Assembly: GCA_051294375.1 (NCBI GenBank) | Contig: CM119268.1 | Coordinates: forward strand, 12,250,445-12,314,355 | DNA: 63,911 nt | Direction of reading: 5' to 3' | Source of the DNA: Paraspadella gotoi | Lineage: Eukaryota; Animalia; Chaetognatha | Shown here: in pieces, positions 55,261-63,911 of the stretch | How positions within the stretch are numbered: position 1 is the stretch's first letter | How the letters are laid out: the number at the start of each line of letters is the position of its first letter | Translations under genes and position numbers: made by a program | Notes under the pieces: model-generated | Databases searched by the model: none | Seen by the model: the letters and a program-made list of their open reading frames with translations, nothing else | What the model was told of the DNA's origin: nothing

Positions 55261-56305
55261 TAAGCCGGGAATTCCCTGGGGGGAAGAAATTAAATTGTCA
55301 GAGACGGATTGGTTATGGAGTTTGCGTCACCTTCCGAAGTCGACTAATCTGTATTTCAGAGGCTCATCCTTTCAACCCACCATTCTTTTCCCTAACCCCC
55401 TGGGATTATATCCTACCCTTTACATATATATTCCCTCGGATCATCCCGCACTCTCGAGAAAATCCCCGAAGATCACCTTTTTACATAATGCCCAATGCCC
55501 AATTGCCCATATCCTTCATCCTCTGCACTCAACTCGATGCGGAGTCATTCAATCTCAATTCAAGTTGAGCGGATGAGTGGACGTGATTTCTCATCCTCAT
55601 TCCTCATCCAGATGAATTCCCGTCCAAACGCAATTTTTCCGCCCAAAAATTGTCACTCATCCGCATCGAAAGGCATTTCTGAGAAATCATTTCTCTCCCT
55701 GGAATCCTCACCCCCTCGCGTCGAGATCCTTGGCACAAACCCCTTCGCCTTCAATCCAATTCTATCAGAATTCCATTCATCTTGTCTCTCTCTCTCTCTC
55801 TCTTTCTCCTTTATAAGTTTTAATAACAATTTTTGACACCCACCCCGATTTCTCTCTCTTTCAACCTTCTTTCTTAGCACTCCCTTCATTTTTTTTTACA
55901 CATCTAACCTCTCTCGCTCATGAAAATCCTAACCCTACTTTCTCTGCAAAGGTGTCTTTCTCTAAAACATCAAACCGCCTTTCTTTCCATTTTCTCCCGA
56001 AATATTCCAATTTCCCTCCCCGTAAACGGCCCCTTTCCCCTCTTCCCCTCACCCTCCCCTATGAAAAGGATTCCCCCCCCAACCGCCGTACTCTCCGACA
56101 GAAATAATGGAAGGCTGAGAGGCGAAGAGATCCGAGGAGTGAAGGATTCGGGGGGAATCAAGACTTGATATCAAAATCCAAAGGAGAAAATTATGCGCCT
56201 GAATGTGTCACGTCGGTCGTCGTTCGTCGTCGTCGTAACGACGGGTGGAAATTGGAGTGAGAGGCTTTTCTCTCTCTCTCTCTCTCTCTCTCTCCTCTCT
56301 CTTCT

Positions 56306-56357
<52 letters not shown>

Positions 56358-56850
56358 TCAGAAACTCCGAATATTCCAATGAAATGGCGTCTCTCGTCTC
56401 TTCTTCCCAGAGGCGGAAGTTGCGGAATTTAGAAACAGGGAAGACGCGTTTCATAAAATTAGCATGCGGTAATCGTCGGGCATTAACTCTCTTGACTTTT
56501 CTGCTCCTGCGAATGGATGCCTTTTTTCCGTTTCTTTTTTTTTTTAATCTACCCTTTCTTTATCCTTCCTTCTTCTTTCTTTATCTTTTCTCGCCTTCTC
56601 AGTACCACGGAATCTTTGTTTTCTATCTCCTCGGTTTTCTTTTTTTTATTTTATCATTCTTTATTCTCTATTTTCTCGGTTTTCTTTTCTGTTTTCTCTG
56701 TTTTCGTCTTTATTCTCTCGGTTTTCTTCTCTTTTTTTTTCGGGTTCCTTTTAATTTGATTATTTTTCCAATGAAGCTCAAATAAACGTCACTTTTCCAT
56801 CGACGTCGTTCTCTCTCTCAGTTGAGGGCATCAATTCCAAACGTTTCTAT

Positions 56851-56889
<39 letters not shown>

Positions 56890-57270
56890 CTCTCTCTCTT
56901 TTTTCCGAAGCCAATGAAATCTAATGCTCTTATTATCATTTAGTATTTTCTTTCTCTTCTCTTAACTCGTTTGTATTTGATACGCCGATATATCGAAATA
57001 CTTTGCTCACAATTTTTGTGAAGAATTCACTTATGACGCTTTCTCTTCGCCGCATCTCTAAACTCTATTTCTTTTTATTACTTTTCTTAATCTCACTTCA
57101 TTTTATTACTCGGCTCCTCTCCCTATTTTCTCAACGATGGCATAAATCTCTCTCTTTGCGCCTTTAAAACCGATTGTTTCTATCTATATTCTCCTCGTAT
57201 TCCGAATATCGCGTCATCTTTATTCAATTTGAATATCGAGCGCTAAAATTCTTTTTTTTTGGGGGGGGGA

Positions 57271-57335
57271 AGGTAATCCGCGGGATTCGAACCCCGGTTT
57301 CTCCGTCACCTTTCGTAAGGATCCTTACCGCGTCT
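57271..57335 (-). mobile_element. Possible degenerate tRNA-derived SINE head / tRNA pseudogene fragment
   Basis: The minus strand reads gcggtaaggatcc...gaaaccggGGTTCGAATCCCgcgg: a canonical Pol III B-box/T-arm with a weak upstream ggtaag D-loop-like motif. No complete cloverleaf. Confidence 0.35.
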
Positions 57336-59903
57336 TTTTTGGTCGTTCCTTTTATTGACCTTCACCCTTTTTTTTTTCCTTTTCCAGCTTTTCTTCTTCC
57401 CACTTGCTATCTCGATTGTCATTTTCTATTTTTACTGCTTTAAATTAAACTAAATATANNNNNNNNNNTTCTTCTTCCCACTTACTATCTCGATTGTCAT
57501 TTTCTGTTTTTACTGCTTTCAATTAAACTAAATATAATTCCAATTAAACTGGATACTTATNNNNNNNNNNNNNNNNNNNNNNNNNNNNNNNNNNNNNNNN
57601 NNNNNNNNNNNNNNNNNNNNNNNNNNNNNNNNNNNNNNNNNNNNNNNNNNNNNNNNNNNNNNNNNNNNNNNNNNNNNNNNNNNNNNNNNNNNNNNNNNNN
57701 NNNNNNNNNNNNNNNNNNNNNNNNNNNNNNNNNNNNNNNNNNNNNNNNNTTCTTTTAGTATTCTTCCTCAACTTTTTAAACCCTCCCTCCTCTTCCTCCT
57801 CCCTTTCGTTCATCGCATGCTCCTCTTCTTGTTTTTCCTTTCCCCAATTCCAAGACTCGCCCCCCCCTCTCTCCCTCCCCATTTTATTCCCTCATGCGTT
57901 TATTGGATATTTTTTTTCCCAATTTCCACGAAGCGCGGTCAAGGAAACATTCGTTTTCAATTAGTCATGGCTAAATAACTTCGGATATATCGGTTGCGCT
58001 GCCCGCCGAAGGACCCTCTGTATATAATTCGAGTCTTCGGGGAGAAAAGAATTAAAAAGAGGGGAAGAGTTAATCCCCGGATTTATTATATAACGGGATT
58101 TCGGCGGGAATGACGGATTTAGCGAGAACGGATGACGCTTATTGCGAGGTTGTCATAAAGAGTTGGTGACCTTTTGTCGAAAAACCAAATTGGAAGGACG
58201 TTGAACTGGAATTGGAATCACGTGCGGATGGACTGAACGTACAATTCTCACTGAAATGACTTTTTATTAATTTTTAAATTACAATTAAAACACACAATTG
58301 GCTTTGGCCCGTATTCCTGTAACTGGTTAGATCTTAGAATGCATTAAAGTTCGTTGCCTTTTTATGATTGCCCTTAGACTTAACATCATATTGTTTACCA
58401 TACTTCAAAACTATTTTTCTCCAGAGTTAGTATTCTTCCTCTCTCTCTTTTGGTCAGACTGAAACCTGTTATCAAAGTCTCAAAAGAAACAGAAAAACAT
58501 TTCGCTCGTTAATCAAATGCAAAATTATTTTTTCTTTCGCCTTACTTCTCTTTTGTTGTCGGGACAATTTACTGGTAAACATTTGTTTTTAGCTTAAAAT
58601 AATGAATAATGAATTGAAATATTGAAAAAAAAAACAAATAAATATTTTGTAACAATCAAATCATATTGTCCTTCAGTTAACAACTCTTGATATCCAAATA
58701 TCATTAAATTTAACTAAAATTAAAAATAAAAATTACATCCGTCATGAATGGCCAAATCCATATCCCGCTACTGTTGTTATGGACCGAAAACAGAGAAAGA
58801 AAATCTCCCCATTCATCAACGACCCAATAACCTGTCGGCGCCGCCGCCGCAATCGCCGCACGCCGCCGCCGCCGCACGCCGCCGCTTCCGTCCATTCCCT
58901 CCTTTCGATCACACCAACTCACCGATCGAGAGTCTCTCTCTCCTCGCGCAATTGCGCGAAAATTCCATTCGGTAAAAGACGCGGAACGACTCGCCTTCCC
59001 AACCACCCTCGGCCCGCCCAATAACATTTACTCACCCTGCTTCGAATCTTACCCTCCCGAACCCAAAAGAGCTTGGCGAGGAAACTTACCCGGCCCCTCC
59101 TCTCCGTTTTTCTGGTCTGCGGTGGAGAGAGGCTATCCTCCGGCGATCGTAAAGCTTAATCCCTCGTCAAATTAAAACCAAAACTCTCTCTCTCTNNNNN
59201 NNNNNCTCTCTCTTTCTCTTCGCAGTTTCTCTCATATTTTTACGCTCCCGCTAAAGCGGTGAATTAACACGACCATCGGGAGAAGAATTCGCAGTTTTTT
59301 TCGCTGAAATTCAGCAGAAAGATGAATTTATAATTATCCAACTAAGATTCAAAAAAAAAAATTTTTAGAAAGAAAAAAGACAGTCTGAAAGCTAAGTGAA
59401 TAACAGTTTTTTTTCTTATTTTGTGTGGCTATATTGTTATATTTATTCAGAATCATTCACGATTTTGATTAATAGTAACAAATGTAAATATAGTCATTTA
59501 TAAATTCTGAAGCTTCGATCGCAACCCGAAATATTCAACTTCGACAAAACGTTTTTTATCTCAAGCCGAGAAACGAACCCGAGAATCTCTGGGCGACGCG
59601 TCGTCGTTTTGTTTACCAAACCAAAAATTAAGGGAAAAAAAGCGAAAAATGAAGATCGTAAAACCTGTTTTTCGTCCATCGAATCGACTTTGTGTCACAG
59701 AAGAAGAAAATAAAGGGGAAAGAAAAAGGAGGGAGAAAAAATAGGGGAAGGGAGGAAAACAGGGGAAAGAATAAAAAAAAAGTCCGGAAATCGAAAGAAG
59801 AAAAAAAAACTTGAAAAAAACAAAATCTTGTGAGAAAATTCGGTTCTGATCGAAGTAGAGTTGAAGAAGGATTAAGAAAAGATGAAAAAAAGATGCGAGG
59901 GAG

Positions 59904-59960
<57 letters not shown>

Positions 59961-60461
59961 CTCTCTTCGCTCGTATTTCCTTTATTCGATTCTCTCCCTT
60001 TTCTTTCCCCTTCTATTTTTCTATTATCTCTCCCCCTTTTTTTTTCCTCTACCCCGTTTCAATTTTCTTTATTTTCCATTTTTTTCCCGCCTTTTTTCTT
60101 TTTTTTTTCTTTCCGCTTCATTCAATTCTCCCGGCCTCAATATTTTCGTCAACAAAAGACGGTCGTCGAGGAAATCTTCTCCCTTTCGACGACAGACGTC
60201 GCTAGCGAAGAAGAAGAAGAAAACTCTCATCCCTAGAAATTTTTATTTCTTCCTCCAAATTAAAAAAAATAAAAATTTTTAAAAAAATATCGAGAGAAAT
60301 CGAGATAGGGAGAGAGAATATCCTAGACTATCCTAGACTATCCTAGTCGATGTTGATAATGATAATGATAAGCGAAACGAAATCGAGTGTTTTAATGAGA
60401 TCGTATCATTTGACTGGAGAGAGGTGCCTTCAAATCCGACGACCTTTGCCCAAGATGAAGA

Positions 60462-60606
60462 AATTAGGGTTAAGGGTTTAGGGTTTAGGGTTTAGGATTA
60501 GGATTAGGGATTGGTTTATAAATAATATTTAGGTTTAATATTAAGGTTAAAATTAAATTCTGGGATAAACGAACAAAAATTTGGCCCTCTCGGAAAAGAG
60601 AGCCCG
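60462..60606 (-). mobile_element. Partial reverse-orientation copy of the CCTAA-core MITE-like family
   Basis: The reverse complement begins cgggctctcttttccgagagggcc...tttatcccagaatttaatttt, matching cggctctattttgcgatagcgtcc...tttatcccggaatttaatttt at 10789. A ttaggg/tttaggg/ttagga array follows. Confidence 0.6.
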
Positions 60607-62080
60607 CCTTGACAAAATCTCTAATCCTCATGAATGTTGTTCGCTGAATTGAAGTAATGCTGTAAGTCTCTGCAGTATAAATGCTTTAACCTAAAGATAG
60701 TTCTATTCAATTGAAGGAATGCTGTAAGTCTCTACAATATCAATTGATCTCATTCACTCGTTAAAAAGGAAGAAGAGACAAACAAAACCAAAAAAAAGGG
60801 AAAAGATAGAGACAGAGACAGACGTCGATTCCGCTCCTAATATCGAAGAATCGATTGAACGCAAGAAACAAATGCGTCTCTCGGCGCGCATTTCGCGGCG
60901 CTCCGTTTTCGGCGTCATCGTCCTCGGCGTTCTCGGCGCTGGGCACCGAGGGGGATTAGCTCGGCCACTTTGGTCATGCAGCTTTCGAGTCCTTTTAGAC
61001 TCTCCCAATACATGACTTTTGGGCGCGCCAGTTTCCGGTGCGCGGTTCCAGCGACTGAGTTATCGACACTCGGGTTTCTGGTTTGGAGTCATAACGAAAA
61101 TGACGCGGACGAAGAGAAGACGTCGCCTTCGATCAGTTCCACTCACGCTCGACGAGGAGTCGGCGGAAAAGGGGGCGTGGCCCCAGTCACGGTCGTCGCT
61201 GTCGTCGTCGTTTACCACAGCGTTTCCTTCGATTTTCCAATTCTTTTTCACAGCTTAACGAAAGACACGACATCTTAAACTCCCCCGAAATTTACATTCC
61301 AAAATGAATTTATATAAAATGTAGTAACAATCATTTACACNNNNNNNNNNNNNNNNNNNNNNNNNNNNNNNNNNNNNNNNNNNNNNNNNNNNNNNNNNNN
61401 NNNNNNNNNNNNNNNNNNNNNNNNNNNNNNNNNNNNNNNNNNNNNNNNNNNNNNNNNNNNNNNNNNNNNNNNNNNNNNNNNNNNNNNNNNNNNNNNNNNN
61501 NNNNNNNNNNNNNNNNNNNNNNNNNNNNNNNNNNNNNNNNNNNNNNNNNNNNNNNNNNNNNNNNNNNNNNNNNNNNNNNNNNNNNNNNNNNNNNNNNNNN
61601 NNNNNNNNNNNNNNNNNNNNNNNNNNNNNNNNNNNNNNNNNTCTTAATTTCAATTATAAAAAATACTATAGTATCTTTAAATTCGATCTGATTAGAGAAA
61701 TCAACGATCAGTGGAGGAGGCCGAGATAAAACAAAATGATATGATTATGAATCGATTCAGTGAAAAAAGAAATCGTATATTGTGGCATTTTGAAAAAGAG
61801 AGAGAAAGGAATAAAGTATGGTTTATATTTGAATGATTTCTTAACGTGCTTTAAAATTTATTTTAGAATTGGTGAATTGATTTTCTTTCTCAGATAATAT
61901 TAATATATATTAGATATATTATTCACACTGAGGATCTCCACTTAGCATCCAAACGACCATTCGTATGTTTGTTTTTATTTGTATTTATTTATCAATTCGT
62001 GCGTGAGTCTCTTCACCGATTTCAACTCAGCGGCGCCATAGCGATGACTTTCGCCCGATTAATCCGGCGATAACAATAAC

Positions 62081-62208
<128 letters not shown>

Positions 62209-63554
62209 CAAGATCTTCGGCCATCGAGAGAGATGGAGAGTGACTCAACGAGAAAATCTTGGGCGAGACGGAGCCAATAAAATCTGTCCACAAATCGAGG
62301 TCCTTTTTTCGTGCCCAGGAATCTATTTCTATTGCTTGGGAGCTTGATAGCTAGCTTTGCTTGCTTAATTCGTTTTTCCTCCACCTGATAAACATTCAAA
62401 GTCTTTTTTTTCTTTTATTCTCTTTTTTTCTATCCGATTTCATATCTTTGTCATTTCCAGATGATCTTTTCTCGCAGACGAAACGATATTTTCATATTTT
62501 TCTATTACTTACTTACTTTTTTACTTACTTTTTTCTATAACTAATACTTTTTGGCTTTTCGCTATTTTTTGTGTGGTAGTGTTTGTTATCAGTTTATGGC
62601 GTGTTTCTATTTTTTGGTTATGTAGAGATTATTTTTACAATTACATTTTCGTGAAAAATTTTTGGTGTATTTGTTAGCGTCTCATTTCGTTGTCAGTGTG
62701 TCTTTTTGTTTTTATTAGCGTTTTTTTAACGTCTTTTTTATCGTCTTTTGTTTTCTCTTTTGTTTAACGTCTTTTGTTTTTTAGTGTCTCTTTTTGATGA
62801 TGAGCGTTCTTATATATATAGGTTGATTGTAGTTTTTTATTTCATTGTGGTCCCTCGGCCCTTTACTGTAACACATTATATTTATACATTTTTGGGTATA
62901 TTTTTACGCATTAAACACTTTTAACGTTTTTATACCGATTTACTTTTTATATGATGTTTTTGTTTTTAATGTTTTTAAACGTTTGTTTCTGTTTTGAAAT
63001 TGTTAATGATTTTAGCTTTTACAGTTTTTAAAATTTTAGTAGCGTTTTGAAATAAGTGATTATATTATATTTTTCGTGATCAGTGTAGTTTTTTTTTTAC
63101 TGTGTTCCAGTCTTTTTATGCTGTTATTGATAGCGATACTNNNNNNNNNNNNNNNNNNNNNNNNNNNNNNNNNNNNNNNNNNNNNNNNNNNNNNNNNNNN
63201 NNNNNNNNNNNNNNNNNNNNNNNNNNNNNNNNNNNNNNNNNNNNNNNNNNNNNNNNNNNNNNNNNNNNNNNNNNNNNNNNNNNNNNNNNNNNNNNNNNNN
63301 NNNNNNNNNNNNNNNNNNNNNNNNNNNNNNNNNNNNNNNNNNNNNNNNNNNNNNNNNNNNNNNNNNNNNNNNNNNNNNNNNNNNNNNNNNNNNNNNNNNN
63401 NNNNNNNNNNNNNNNNNNNNNNNNNNNNNNNNNNNNNNNNNNNNNNNNNNNNNNNNNNCCTCCTTCTCTCTCCTTTTCCCAAACTCATTTGATGGCCTGA
63501 GATTCACTGGACTCGCGAGATTCCTCCGCTGATTTGGGGAAAAATAAAACGAGG

Positions 63555-63870
63555 GAGGTGGGCGATTGGCGTGAGGGTAAGTGATTGTAGTATTTGGCAC
63601 AAGGGTGAGCGATTGTGATTATTGGCGTTGAGAGTAAGTGATCGTGGTTAAAAGAGAGAAGGTAAGTGATTGAGGCAACTGGCTAAAAGGGTAGGTGATT
63701 GTGGCAAATGAAAAAAAGGTAGGTGACTGGCGATATTAGAGGTGATCGTTGTAACTGGTCAAAGCGACTTTATACTAAGTAGGTGATTTTTTCGCTTGAC
63801 CAGCGGATCTTAGTGATCACAGACGAGCCTCATCCAGATCCCGTATTTCGAAAAGGGTTGGTGATTAGAA
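63555..63870 (+). repeat. 28/29-bp period array with conserved GTRRGYGAY core and variable linkers
   Basis: Core GT positions are 63577, 63605, 63634, 63662, 63691 and 63719 (spacings 28, 29, 28, 29, 28). Looser copies occur near 63558, 63740, 63779 and 63858. Confidence 0.75.
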
Positions 63871-63911
63871 CGAGAAAGCTCCCCCCCCCCGACCCAGAGG
63901 GCGCGAAAAGT

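Noticed and set aside
57390-57536. About 68-bp tandem duplication around the 10-N gap (57459-57468)
   Set aside because: Typical unmerged contig-end overlap (possibly two alleles) at a placeholder gap.
60462-60515. True telomere or telomere fusion site
   Set aside because: Short, mixed TTAGGG/TTTAGGG/TTAGGA units attached to a terminus shared with two other dispersed copies. Better explained as a MITE core.
60872-61015. 47-aa ORF MRLSARISRRSVFGVIVLGVLGAG... resembling a signal or twin-arginine peptide
   Set aside because: Very short, with no downstream mature domain or donor site, and Tat-type signals are not expected in this context.
63555-63870. CRISPR interpretation of the conserved-core/variable-linker array
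   Set aside because: The core (about 11 bp) and linkers (about 17 bp) are too short, the cores are degenerate, the linkers are partly related, and there are no cas genes.

Overview
Eukaryotic, AT-rich, microsatellite-dense genomic DNA with no obvious CpG depletion (invertebrate-like). It is almost certainly intronic/intergenic sequence from a gapped hybrid assembly. Nearly all ORFs in the supplied track are translations of (CT)n/(AG)n, poly-A/T or N runs. The only recognisable coding relic is a degenerate non-LTR retrotransposon reverse-transcriptase fragment (about 53945-54328, minus strand). Other supportable elements are a 590-bp Tc1/mariner-type MITE with TA target-site duplication (13003-13592), a foldback MITE family (about 8375-8830, 41511-42537, 50421-51439), a MITE-like family with a telomere-like CCTAA core (5656-5875, 10789-11147, 60462-60606), several minisatellites, and one possible terminal exon (13749-13954/14082). 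Large-scale structure dominates the window: a 7-kb direct duplication (36660-43755 vs 45800-52617), a 1.9-kb inverted duplication (34810-36666 vs 43880-45762), and a hidden, progressively degraded and about 3-fold stretched inverted copy of about 13240-17080 lying in about 25340-34200. These sit beside exactly-25-N gaps and differ mainly by small indels, so they are best read as long-read gap-filling artefacts rather than biology. I found no convincing novel biological system. The best remaining biological leads are the 28/29-bp GTAAGT-core array at the window end, the candidate exon and the MITE families.
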